The translations under genes and the position numbers were made by a program. Under the pieces are notes generated by a model. The model made no database searches. It had not been told where the DNA came from and saw only the letters and a list, made by a program, of their open reading frames with translations. This document shows positions 41,601-51,051 of a DNA stretch of 64,000 nt, piece after piece; position 1 is the stretch's first letter, and each line of letters opens with the position of its first letter. The stretch is from Calditrichota bacterium. GTDB taxonomy: Bacteria; Zhuqueibacterota; JdFR-76; BMS3Abin05. The stretch spans positions 8,178 through 72,177 of the forward strand of contig JAADHR010000199.1 of the NCBI GenBank assembly GCA_013151735.1, given 5' to 3'.

Positions 41601-42369
41601 CATTTTGGAAGATGGTGACTTGTTGGAGGAAGGCGAATTTTCGGATCAGGGAATGCAAGCAGACAAAACGGAATCGGAACCCGCAACAGGAGAAATCCCG
41701 CCAGCTGAAGAAATCTTCCCGAATGGAAACTCAGAAAAAAGCGACGAGGAACCGGAACCGGAGATTTCCCTGGAGAAAATATTTGGACAATTAAGTGTGC
41801 AGGGTGAAGAGGACGTTGAAGACCGTTCCGTACAAGAAAACTTCAATAGAATTGAAGATTTGGTCGATAATATAATTGTTGAGGAGGAGGAAATTGAGGG
41901 GGTCTTGGAGAGCGAGGATACTGAAAAAATCCAAGAGAAACAGAAAACCATTCCCAAAAAAGAAATAGATGAAGCCTCAAAGGTAAAACGCCTCCTGCTA
42001 ACGGGATTACGGTTCTATCTGGATAAAGATTTTAAAAAGGCCATTGCTGTTTTCAAAAAGATTATCGATGAGTATCCCGATCATTTCGAAGCGCATTACA
42101 ATTTGGGTAATGCCTATTTCAGAATGAAGGATTTTGACAAGGCCGAGCGGGAATACCTGAAGGTGATCGAAATCGATCCGTCATTCACGGATGCCCATGA
42201 AAATTTGGGTGTCATTTATGCCAACCGCAAGGACTTTAAAAAAGCCATTCAAATCTGGAAAAAGATCCTGGAAATCAAGCCGGATCGGAAGGATGTGAAA
42301 AAAAATATTGAAAAGGCCCTAAAATTGAGTAAAAGTCAAAAACATAAAGAAACCACAACAACTGAATGA
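38608..42369 (+). CDS. multidomain signalling protein: RsbW-like GHKL Ser kinase + TM + periplasmic sensor + TM + HAMP + SpoIIE/PP2C phosphatase + transposase-like HTH fragment + acidic linker + TPR
   Basis: GTG start 2 nt after the upstream stop. N-terminus SFKLAIDEASTNIIRHAY (anti-sigma kinase HATPase). TM helices near aa 160-185 and 330-355. HAMP. PP2C motifs DYYDF, IADVSGKGVPGS, IYTDGVTEA. Acidic low-complexity region aa ~820-1110. C-terminal TPRs. Confidence 0.75.
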   Translation: MFKKIKKEELRVPASIEHLKDLRKFIEKIGKKHRIPDKIVNSFKLAIDEASTNIIRHAYRDSSGEILLRVIIRKTSVTVSLIDHGRFFDPNNVKDPDLKRYVAIGKRGGLGIFMIRKLVDDIEYYRTGEGNELRLTKKIEKKRKAKISVPSIPGSLRIKYYSYSAAILSTLIILGYFYFFFQRSEQILDQTFAQGEAAVKVLAKNSTNWIGTAAELNLNKEVKVILTQNPKLLTYAVVVDKNGVVKGSTDFDLFRVFKPYSGVVTEKVFGEERALVRLPNGEKEYMISKPIYVIDHTVPNSKRFMGRAYVFISSRQVNHWIHQKRTDDLRVALLLLLFGNIGVALLITLIISPFRKLASWVRNASEGNIEDEMEIDSSDEIGEIAQAFNEITYKFRKSQQSLQDQERLKHEMHLAQEIQQTLLPAKFPKRRGFEISSYYESAKEVGGDYYDFVEIDPDRLGVVIADVSGKGVPGSLVMTMIRTALRTEARGTYSAAETLRKVNRFIMGDIKKGMFVTVFYTILNSRNRSLTYASAGHNPMILYRPSTKKTYYLNPRGFPVGISLNDEELFDKSLEDDSIRLAKGDIVIIYTDGVTEAMNSRRELFGEERLLEAVRRYGNLSAEEFVAKLREEIVSFTEGQIQYDDISLVVIKENMDQEEEYEERAREAYYQVLNGVSATQACKNVGLSFNTFKKYKEKFEEVGVDNFRSDYEATAVEAKHLSIEEQTKIFDIIKKHPDYGPRRIAELLATDTYGNMTISENRVYGELVRLKLNTKQLRENFVVRNKHKRKFKPPGTPMLTLDGRVIIDNAPAKLSAPILREPEEESSVEKTEEFNGETLSAEIEEITSTEGLGLEVGEAESAQEKPPRPRAKRREEKSLMDEDIEEIILSDPVDVFDKNKGMETEPEEELLGDENDEEKTDLSEIEGIEVLERTHARDVSNMDSDKIESSKKEMDLDQREESGTSLKKLFESLNMAGDGEDVSESESGEEELDLLQYSILEDGDLLEEGEFSDQGMQADKTESEPATGEIPPAEEIFPNGNSEKSDEEPEPEISLEKIFGQLSVQGEEDVEDRSVQENFNRIEDLVDNIIVEEEEIEGVLESEDTEKIQEKQKTIPKKEIDEASKVKRLLLTGLRFYLDKDFKKAIAVFKKIIDEYPDHFEAHYNLGNAYFRMKDFDKAEREYLKVIEIDPSFTDAHENLGVIYANRKDFKKAIQIWKKILEIKPDRKDVKKNIEKALKLSKSQKHKETTTTE

Positions 42370-42444
42370 AAAAAATAATATTGATTTTTTCTGTAAATTC
42401 ATTTATATTAGCGTGAGTCATTATTCTCATAAAGGAGACAATCA

Positions 42445-43131
42445 ATGGAAGGAATCCAGGTATCGGTATCCAAAACAGGCCCTCAAAACAGCGTATCCGT
42501 TATAAAAGTAGGGGGCTATATTGATACAACGACTTCTGCTGAATTAGAACGTGCTCTCGATCACCTATTGCGGGCGGGGAATTACAATATCGTGGTTGAC
42601 CTGGGTAATGTGGACTACATCAGTAGTGCCGGCTGGGGTATTTTTATCAGTGAAATCAAGGGCATTCGGGAGAAAAACGGAGACCTCAAACTGGCAAATA
42701 TGATTCCGGATGTTTATGAAGTTTTTGAACTTTTGGAGTTTCACTATATTCTAAAAGCATTTGATTCCATTGAAGAAGCCGTTCGTGACTTTAACAAAGA
42801 TTCCCTGGGAAAAAGCGTTGCTGAATTTCAAGCAGATTCATCGACAAATGAATCCCTGCCGGAAGAAAGTCAGGCACAAATCCCCAATGAGGGCGTTTCC
42901 GATATTTCATCGGCTCAGACGACGGTTTCAAAAAAGAGCCTTCAGGAGAAAATTCGCCAGGCGGTTATGGACAAGCCGGATGCCAGTCTTCTGGAAATAA
43001 AAAATGATTTAAATACTGAAAAATATGGTTTTACCAAAATCGGAATGTTCCGTCTCTGGAAGGAATTGGGGAAGTTGGGTCTGGGTTCAAAGAAAAAAAG
43101 AATCGCCTTTTTCAAAAAGCATGCATTTTAG
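42445..43131 (+). CDS. STAS-domain anti-sigma-factor antagonist (RsbV/SpoIIAA-like) with ~110-aa C-terminal extension
   Basis: N-terminal 115 aa has STAS fold hallmarks (VIKVGGYIDTTTSAELERAL...DLGNVDYISSAGWGIF; phosphorylatable Ser context DYISSAG). C-terminal region is Ser/Glu-rich, then a basic helical segment. Confidence 0.75.
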   Translation: MEGIQVSVSKTGPQNSVSVIKVGGYIDTTTSAELERALDHLLRAGNYNIVVDLGNVDYISSAGWGIFISEIKGIREKNGDLKLANMIPDVYEVFELLEFHYILKAFDSIEEAVRDFNKDSLGKSVAEFQADSSTNESLPEESQAQIPNEGVSDISSAQTTVSKKSLQEKIRQAVMDKPDASLLEIKNDLNTEKYGFTKIGMFRLWKELGKLGLGSKKKRIAFFKKHAF

Positions 43132-43445
43132 GGCTGCCCCCCATTCAACAAAATTAGCGATTGCCTCATTTTTTTTCCGCACTATCCCATCCAGGGGGCA
43201 AAATCTTCACAAAAACAATTGATTTTCAATAAAATTTTTCTTATTATTTTTCTACCATCGTGGATTGTGCAAACAGTTTTATCATAATAAATTGTGGCGG
43301 TTATTCAAGACAATCAAGGGAAAAACACGGCTTTTTTATATCCTATTTTTCCTTTGAATTTACACGTTATTTTTGAATACCGATTTTTAGACTCTGTGCA
43401 ATTGTTTAAATTCTTTAATCCAAAACGTCCTGGAGGGCATTAGAA

Positions 43446-44702
43446 ATGAGTTATAAACATGTGAAGGTTCCCGATCGCGGTGAAAAGATTACAGTTATAG
43501 ACGGAAAAGTATCCGTTCCCGACAATCCGATTATTCCGTTTATTGAAGGGGATGGAACCGGCCCGGATATTTGGCGGGCGGCAAAAATGGTTCTGGATGC
43601 CAGTGTTGAAAAGGCTTACGGCGGAAAGCGGAAGATTGAGTGGATGGAGGTGTATGCGGGTGAAAAGGCGCATGATCTGTACAACGAGTGGCTTCCGGAA
43701 GAAACCGTAAAAGCCATTTCGGAGTATATTATTGCCATCAAGGGGCCGTTAACAACGCCTGTTGGAGGGGGATTTAGAAGTCTGAATGTAACGCTCCGCA
43801 AGGTGTTGGATCTGTATGCCTGTGTGCGCCCCGTGAAGTATTATCAGGGTGTACCCAGCCCCGTAAAACACCCGGAAAAAATGGATGTGATTATCTACCG
43901 AGAGAATACGGAAGATGTTTATTCGGGGATTGAATGGCGCGAGGGCACGGACGAAGCGCTGGAAGTGATTAAATTCCTTGAAGATAAAATGGGGGTAAAG
44001 GTGCGTAAAGATTCGGGGGTCGGCATCAAACCCATCAGTGAATATGGATCGAAACGTCTGGTCCGCAAAGCCATTCAGTTTGCTCTGGAAAGCGGTCGCG
44101 AAAGCGTTACGCTGATGCACAAGGGAAATATCATGAAGTACACCGAAGGCGCTTTTAAGGATTGGGGCTATGAAGTAGCCAAAGAAGAATTTGGCGACAA
44201 AACTATTTCCGAAGCTGAGCTCTGGGATAAATATGACGGTAAAATGCCCGAAGGGAAGGTTCTGATAAAGGATCGAATTGCCGACAATATGTTTCAGCAG
44301 GTTTTGACCCGAACAGACGAATACGATATTATTGCCACACCCAATCTCAATGGCGATTATATTTCGGATGCCTGCGCGGCACAAGTGGGCGGCCTTGGAA
44401 TGGCTCCCGGAGCAAATATCGGCGATTATATTGGCTTATTCGAAGCAACCCATGGAACGGCCCCCAAGTATGCCGGGCTGGACAAAGTAAATCCCGGTTC
44501 ACTTATACTTTCCGGGGTGATGATGCTTCAATATATGGGGTGGAAAGAAGCGGGTGAACTTATCGAAAAAGCCATCTCTGAGACGATTCAACAGAAGCGT
44601 GTTACGTATGATTTGCACCGTCAAATCGAAGGAGCCACCCTGTTGAAATGCTCTGAATTTGGTGCTGCTATTGTTGAAAATATGGATAAATTCGTAAAAT
44701 AG
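43446..44702 (+). CDS. icd: isocitrate dehydrogenase (NADP-dependent, prokaryotic type)
   Basis: 418 aa. N-terminus [29 protein letters not shown]. Homodimeric IDH motifs ([21 protein letters not shown]). Confidence 0.9.
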   Translation: MSYKHVKVPDRGEKITVIDGKVSVPDNPIIPFIEGDGTGPDIWRAAKMVLDASVEKAYGGKRKIEWMEVYAGEKAHDLYNEWLPEETVKAISEYIIAIKGPLTTPVGGGFRSLNVTLRKVLDLYACVRPVKYYQGVPSPVKHPEKMDVIIYRENTEDVYSGIEWREGTDEALEVIKFLEDKMGVKVRKDSGVGIKPISEYGSKRLVRKAIQFALESGRESVTLMHKGNIMKYTEGAFKDWGYEVAKEEFGDKTISEAELWDKYDGKMPEGKVLIKDRIADNMFQQVLTRTDEYDIIATPNLNGDYISDACAAQVGGLGMAPGANIGDYIGLFEATHGTAPKYAGLDKVNPGSLILSGVMMLQYMGWKEAGELIEKAISETIQQKRVTYDLHRQIEGATLLKCSEFGAAIVENMDKFVK

Positions 44703-44740
44703 CCGTGTAAAAGAAATGGAATCAATTAGGGAGATCACTC

Positions 44741-45169
44741 GTGGAAACAGTCTATCCTAAAGCAGATGTGTCCAAACGAGTCATTGCGTTTTTGATTGAC
44801 CTGGCCGTTTATGTTGTGGTTTTGGTACTGCTCTATTTTTGGCTTGGTCTCGGAGACTATTTGACCGGACTTATTGCAGGTCTTTACATCGTTTTTCGGG
44901 ACGGCTTGTTTAACGGTCAAAGCATCGGAAAGAGACTCATGGGCCAGCGAGTGATAAATTTGGCTGCAGACAGCCCGTGTTCTTTTACGGATTCAGCAAA
45001 ACGAAATATTGTATTGTATCTTCCGAATCTTTTTCGGTTTGTTCATTTTCTGGGTGGAATTATTGGCCTGGTGATTGTTGCACTGGAGCTTTATTTTATT
45101 TTTTCAAATGAAAAAGGTCTTCGGTGGGGCGATCAATTCGCAGATACCCAGGTCGTGGATGAGGAATAA
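44741..45169 (+). CDS. RDD-family membrane protein
   Basis: 142 aa. N-terminal KRVIAFLIDL, two to three TM helices, conserved R-D-G stretch (FRDGLFNGQSIGKRLMG). Confidence 0.55.
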   Translation: METVYPKADVSKRVIAFLIDLAVYVVVLVLLYFWLGLGDYLTGLIAGLYIVFRDGLFNGQSIGKRLMGQRVINLAADSPCSFTDSAKRNIVLYLPNLFRFVHFLGGIIGLVIVALELYFIFSNEKGLRWGDQFADTQVVDEE

Positions 45170-45194
45170 CGCAAAAATCTGAAAGCAACTGAAA

Positions 45195-45219
45195 AAGGCA
45201 GAGAAATCTGCCTTTTTTT
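45195..45219 (+). terminator. rho-independent terminator
   Basis: AAGGCAGA-gaaa-TCTGCCTT followed by TTTTT, 26 nt after the RDD gene stop. Confidence 0.6.
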
Positions 45220-45274
45220 ATAAAAACGTTTTTCCAGCAGATTGGGAGAACATTTTGAGTGGGATAGTCTATAA

Positions 45275-47402
<2,128 letters not shown>

Positions 47403-47531
47403 CGGGTGGGGAGTCGGCCTTGCATGTTTTCCCCCCAAAATGGTAGAATAGTCGGACTGCGAGCCCTTCGGCACGGGTAGAATAGTCGTGTTTTTCAAGA
47501 AAATATATGTCATGGAGAGGCCAAAAATTTG

Positions 47532-47560
47532 TTGACATAGAGGCAAAATATTTGTATATT
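47532..47560 (+). promoter_or_regulatory. sigma70-type promoter driving the tRNA-Ser cluster
   Basis: TTGACA (47532-37), 17-nt spacer, TATATT (47555-60). The first tRNA starts 25 nt downstream. Confidence 0.5.
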
Positions 47561-47584
47561 TAAAGTCGCTTATGCGGAGTTTTT

Positions 47585-47668
47585 GGAGGGCTAGTCCTAA
47601 TTGGTAAGGCGGCGGTCTTGAAAACCGCTGGGCGTTTGCCCTTGGGGGTTCGAGTCCCTCGCCCTCCG
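47585..47668 (+). tRNA. tRNA-Ser (anticodon TGA)
   Basis: Manual cloverleaf: acceptor GGAGGGC/GCCCTCC. Anticodon stem GCGGT/ACCGC with loop CTTGAAA. Long variable arm (GGGC-GTTT-GCCC). T-loop TTCGAGT. Confidence 0.75.
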
Positions 47669-47717
47669 CAAAGGACAAGGAAGAGAGAGACGTTATTTGA
47701 CATAAAATTGCCTGAGA

Positions 47718-47804
47718 GGAGAGGTGGCCGAGCTGGCTTAAGGCGGCGGTCTCGAAAACCGCTTCACGCTTGTCGTGACGGGGGTTCGAATCCCTCCCTC
47801 TCCG
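47718..47804 (+). tRNA. tRNA-Ser (anticodon CGA)
   Basis: Acceptor GGAGAGG/CCTCTCC. Anticodon loop CTCGAAA. Long variable arm. T-loop TTCGAAT. Confidence 0.75.
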
Positions 47805-47920
47805 CAATTAAAATCCGGCTTGTCGGCACTTTTAAACGTGCGAAAAAGACGCAGCTCCGGTAAGAAGCTGTGAATCTGCATGGGCGGATTAAGACTAATT
47901 TTTAATGAAATCATTGGCCT

Positions 47921-48007
47921 GGAGAGGTGGCCGAGTGGTTGAAGGCAGCGGCCTGCTAAGCCGTTGTAGGCGTCAGTCTACCGTGGGTTCGAATCCCACC
48001 CTCTCCG
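47921..48007 (+). tRNA. tRNA-Ser (anticodon GCT)
   Basis: Acceptor GGAGAGG/CCTCTCC. D-arm GCCGAGTGGTTGAAGGC. Anticodon loop CTGCTAA. Long variable arm. T-loop TTCGAAT. Confidence 0.75.
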
Positions 48008-48026
48008 CGAACAACTTCGAGAACGT

Positions 48027-48380
48027 ATGGATTATGAGCTAAAACATATCGATGCCTGGTCCGTGGCAAAAACCCTTTTTGTTATTTTTCTGATTTTGGG
48101 TTTTCTGCTGGGCATTTTATACGTGCTGCTCCTGGCGGGTATTTCAAATATTGCGGGCAATTTCGGGAGTGAGTTCGGTTCGGAAATCCCGCACATGGGC
48201 GGGGCCTTTTTGTTGTTTCTCTCTGTTTTTATGGCGGTTTTTATCGCTGTTCTCTATGCAATTATAGGGGCAATTTTTGCGGTTTTGTACAATATTCTGG
48301 TCGGATGGATTGGCGGCATTAAAGTTGAGTTGGAAGGAGATGAGAGTCAGCTATCATCGAAGGAAGAAATTGTAGGGTAA
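48027..48380 (+). CDS. small hypothetical membrane protein
   Basis: 117 aa with three predicted TM helices. Stop abuts the gltX start with no spacer. Confidence 0.4.
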   Translation: MDYELKHIDAWSVAKTLFVIFLILGFLLGILYVLLLAGISNIAGNFGSEFGSEIPHMGGAFLLFLSVFMAVFIAVLYAIIGAIFAVLYNILVGWIGGIKVELEGDESQLSSKEEIVG

Positions 48381-49808
48381 ATGGATAATTCTCAATCGGA
48401 TATTCGAGTTCGTTTTGCACCAAGCCCAACCGGTTATCTGCATATTGGCGGGGCGCGGACGGCAATTTTCAATTGGCTGTTTGCCCGAAAAACAGGTGGA
48501 AAATTCTTCCTTCGAATTGAGGATACAGATCGGGCCAGAAGTTCTCAGGAAGTAGTTGATGCGATCTTTGAAAGCCTAAATTGGCTGGGGCTGAATTGGG
48601 ACGGTGAACCTTGGTACCAATCCCGGCGCTTTGATATTTATCGGAAATACGCGGAAGAACTTGTTCAAAAACGAAAGGCTTATCACTGCTATTGCGGAAA
48701 TGATGAAAGCTCTGCCGCGTCGGAAGACCCCTCCGAACAGAATAAATGCCAGTGTTACTTGTTGACGGTAAAGGAGAAAGAAGAACTGGACCGGAAGGGG
48801 GTTCCACGGGCCGTTCGATTCTGGGTTCCCGATGGCACAACCGTCGTTGACGATCAGGTTTACGGCTCGATGGAATTTAATAATTCCGAAATTGAGAATT
48901 TTGTCATTCTGCGTTCCGATGGAATTCCAACCTACCATCTGGCGATGGTTGTGGACGATCATGATATGGGAATTACCCATGTGATTCGCGGTGAGGATCA
49001 TATTTCGAATACGCCGAAACACGTTTTGCTGTATCATGCACTGGGTTGGACGCCCCCGCAATATGCGCACGTTCCGTTGATTTTGGGGGGAGATAAAAAG
49101 CGCCTCAGCAAACGCCACGGCGCTGCTTCGGTAATGGAATATGCCGAAATGGGAATCCTGCCGGAGGCCATGGTAAATTATCTCGCACTTCTGGGATGGT
49201 CGCCCGGAAACGATCGGGAAATCTTCACGATTCCTGAGCTCATTGAGGCGTTTTCAATTAGTGGTATTTCACGGAAAAGCGCCATTTTTGATCCTAAAAA
49301 ACTGGAATGGGTCAACAGCGAACACCTGAAAATTTATCCGACGGATAAACTGTTGGAAAAGGTGCTGCCCTCGCTTCTGGAATCGCATCTCATTACCGAT
49401 TTCGATGCGGAACGAAAAGTACCATATCTGCTTGACGTGCTGGATCTTTTTAAAAATCGAATGAAAACCACCAGGGATTTAGCCAAATATGGCCGATATT
49501 TTTTTAAGGATCCGGACAGATATGACGAAAAAGCTCTTCAGAAATATTGGGAGGGCCGGGAAACAAAAGAACGGCTGAAGAAGTTAAAGGATCGACTGGC
49601 TTCTCTGGAAGACTTTAAAGCCGACAAAATTGAAGAGGTTACACGATCGTTGGCATCGGAGATGGAAGTGCCGGCGGCAAAATTAATTCACCCGATGCGG
49701 ATTTTGTTGACAGGGTTTTCGGTTAGTCCGGGGCTGTTTGAAATGATGGAGGTGTTGGGTAAAGACACTTGCATTCGGCGAGTTGAGCGGGGTTTAAAGG
49801 TGTTGTAG
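48381..49808 (+). CDS. gltX: glutamyl-tRNA synthetase
   Basis: 475 aa. HIGH motif PSPTGYLHIGGARTA. KMSKS variant RLSKRHG. Class I catalytic core and anticodon-binding domain. Confidence 0.9.
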   Translation: MDNSQSDIRVRFAPSPTGYLHIGGARTAIFNWLFARKTGGKFFLRIEDTDRARSSQEVVDAIFESLNWLGLNWDGEPWYQSRRFDIYRKYAEELVQKRKAYHCYCGNDESSAASEDPSEQNKCQCYLLTVKEKEELDRKGVPRAVRFWVPDGTTVVDDQVYGSMEFNNSEIENFVILRSDGIPTYHLAMVVDDHDMGITHVIRGEDHISNTPKHVLLYHALGWTPPQYAHVPLILGGDKKRLSKRHGAASVMEYAEMGILPEAMVNYLALLGWSPGNDREIFTIPELIEAFSISGISRKSAIFDPKKLEWVNSEHLKIYPTDKLLEKVLPSLLESHLITDFDAERKVPYLLDVLDLFKNRMKTTRDLAKYGRYFFKDPDRYDEKALQKYWEGRETKERLKKLKDRLASLEDFKADKIEEVTRSLASEMEVPAAKLIHPMRILLTGFSVSPGLFEMMEVLGKDTCIRRVERGLKVL

Positions 49809-49814
49809 GGATTA

Positions 49815-49885
49815 CTGGGGAGTCGTCTAATGGCAAGACAGCGGACTCTGGATCCGTCGATCGGGGTTCGAATCCCTGCTCCCCA
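49815..49885 (+). tRNA. tRNA-Gln (anticodon CTG)
   Basis: Acceptor TGGGGAG/CTCCCCA. D-stem GTCT/AGAC. Anticodon stem GCGGA/TCCGT with loop CTCTGGA. T-loop TTCGAAT. Begins 7 nt after the gltX stop. Confidence 0.7.
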
Positions 49886-49902
49886 GCATGTTTTTTCATG
49901 TG

Positions 49903-49976
49903 TGCGCCCATAGCTCAACTGGACAGAGCATCTGACTTCGGATCAGAGGGTTGGGGGTTCGAGTCCTCCTGGGCGC
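49903..49976 (+). tRNA. tRNA-Arg (anticodon TCG)
   Basis: Acceptor GCGCCCA/TGGGCGC. D-stem GCTC/GAGC. Anticodon stem TCTGA/TCAGA with loop CTTCGGA. T-loop TTCGAGT. Confidence 0.75.
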
Positions 49977-49994
49977 ACAAGATGTACACGATTT

Positions 49995-50070
49995 GGCGCA
50001 TTCGTCTAGTGGCCTAGGACGCTGGCCTCTCACGTCGGTAACACGGGTTCGACTCCCGTATGCGCCGCCA
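49995..50070 (+). tRNA. tRNA-Glu (anticodon CTC), CCA encoded
   Basis: Acceptor GGCGCAT/ATGCGCC. Glu-type D-arm GTCTAGTGGCCTAGGAC. Anticodon loop CTCTCAC (the stem has two G-U pairs). T-stem ACGGG/CCCGT. 3-prime CCA present. Confidence 0.65.
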
Positions 50071-50073
50071 TTT

Positions 50074-50150
50074 GCGCCCGTAGTTCAACTGGAAAGAACA
50101 CCTGACTACGGATCAGAAGGTTGGGGGTTCGAGTCCCTCCGGGCGCACCA
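50074..50150 (+). tRNA. tRNA-Arg (anticodon ACG), CCA encoded
   Basis: Acceptor GCGCCCG/CGGGCGC. D-stem GTTC/GAAC. Anticodon loop CTACGGA. T-loop TTCGAGT. 3-prime CCA present. Confidence 0.75.
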
Positions 50151-50623
50151 TGATGAGTACCAGAGATGAAACCGTCCACACGTACTGGATGGGCAAAGCC
50201 TTGGAAGAGGCCGGAAAGGCTTATGATGAAGGGGAGGTTCCCGTAGGGGCGGTGGTTGTTTGGGAAAACCGGATCATTGGACGGGGACACAATCAAACGG
50301 AAGCGTTGCAGGATCCCACCGCTCATGCAGAAATTCTGGCGATTACAGCCGCCGCAAGCTTTTTGTCTTCATGGCGCCTTGAGGGAGTTTCGTTGTATGT
50401 CACGTTAGAACCGTGTCCCATGTGTGCAGGCGCCATTGTTAATTCAAGAATACCTACATTGGTTTTTGGGGCATTTGATCCCAAACGGGGCGCCTGTGGA
50501 TCACTCTACAATATCGTACAGGATGAGCGGCTTAATCATCGGGTGCAGCTTATTTCGGGGGTGTTGGCTGAAGAATCCTCGGATTTACTTCGGCAGTTTT
50601 TTAAGGAGCTCAGAATATTCTGA
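50150..50623 (+). CDS. tadA: tRNA-specific adenosine deaminase TadA
   Basis: 157 aa. CDA-fold zinc motifs HAEILAI and [10 protein letters not shown]-terminal [12 protein letters not shown] aligns with the E. coli TadA N-terminus. The start codon overlaps the last base of the encoded CCA of tRNA-Arg(ACG). Confidence 0.85.
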   Translation: MMSTRDETVHTYWMGKALEEAGKAYDEGEVPVGAVVVWENRIIGRGHNQTEALQDPTAHAEILAITAAASFLSSWRLEGVSLYVTLEPCPMCAGAIVNSRIPTLVFGAFDPKRGACGSLYNIVQDERLNHRVQLISGVLAEESSDLLRQFFKELRIF

Positions 50624-50676
50624 GCGAAGGTATCCGGATCAGAAAAGACGGGTAGGTTTTAGAAACAGATCGGTTT

Positions 50677-50762
50677 GGAGAGGTGTCCGAGCGGCTGAAG
50701 GAGCACGCCTGGAGAGCGTGTGTACCCTCCGGGTACCGTGGGTTCAAATCCCACCCTCTCCG
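50677..50762 (+). tRNA. tRNA-Ser (anticodon GGA)
   Basis: Acceptor GGAGAGG/CCTCTCC. Anticodon stem CACGC/GCGTG with loop CTGGAGA. Long variable arm. T-loop TTCAAAT. Confidence 0.75.
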
Positions 50763-50768
50763 CTATTT

Positions 50769-50841
50769 GGGGCAGTAGCTCAGCTGGGAGAGCGCTTCCC
50801 TCGCACGGAAGAGGCCGGCGGTTCGAATCCGCTCTGCTCCA
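50769..50841 (+). tRNA. tRNA-Ala (anticodon CGC)
   Basis: Acceptor GGGGCAG/CTGCTCC with G3:U70 Ala identity pair. D-stem GCTC/GAGC. Anticodon stem CTTCC/GGAAG with loop CTCGCAC. T-loop TTCGAAT. Confidence 0.75.
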
Positions 50842-50877
50842 CAAAATCCTAAAACAACACTGGAATTTGCCATCGGC

Positions 50878-50994
50878 TTTGATCAATGGGCAAGTCCTCC
50901 GCAATGGGAAGGTGCTCAACTCCGTCAGGACCGGAAGGGAGCAGCGGTCGGCATTCGGACCATGTGCCGGAGGGGTGCTTGCCCATTGATTGAA
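50878..50994 (+). ncRNA. ffs: signal recognition particle RNA (small 4.5S-type, ffs)
   Basis: Long hairpin closed by ATCAATGGGCAAG / CTTGCCCATTGAT. Contains the conserved domain IV motif GTCAGGACCGGAAGGGAGCAGC (E. coli: GUCAGGUCCGGAAGGAAGCAGC). Located immediately upstream of dnaX, as in many bacteria. Confidence 0.7.
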
Positions 50995-51051
50995 GCCGGC
51001 AAGGGTTTAAAAATTCCGGATGTGAATTGTCTGCATTAAAGAATACAGCCT

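Noticed and set aside
43132-43445. 314-nt AT-rich region upstream of icd, examined for a riboswitch, sRNA or small ORF
   Set aside because: No conserved riboswitch motifs or convincing ORF or hairpin recognised by eye. Only a T8 tract and loose repeats. Would need a covariance-model search.
50424-50989. Plus- and minus-strand ORFs (142 aa, 86 aa, 89 aa) downstream of tadA
   Set aside because: They overlap tRNA-Ser(GGA), tRNA-Ala and the SRP RNA. The structured-RNA genes explain the open frames.
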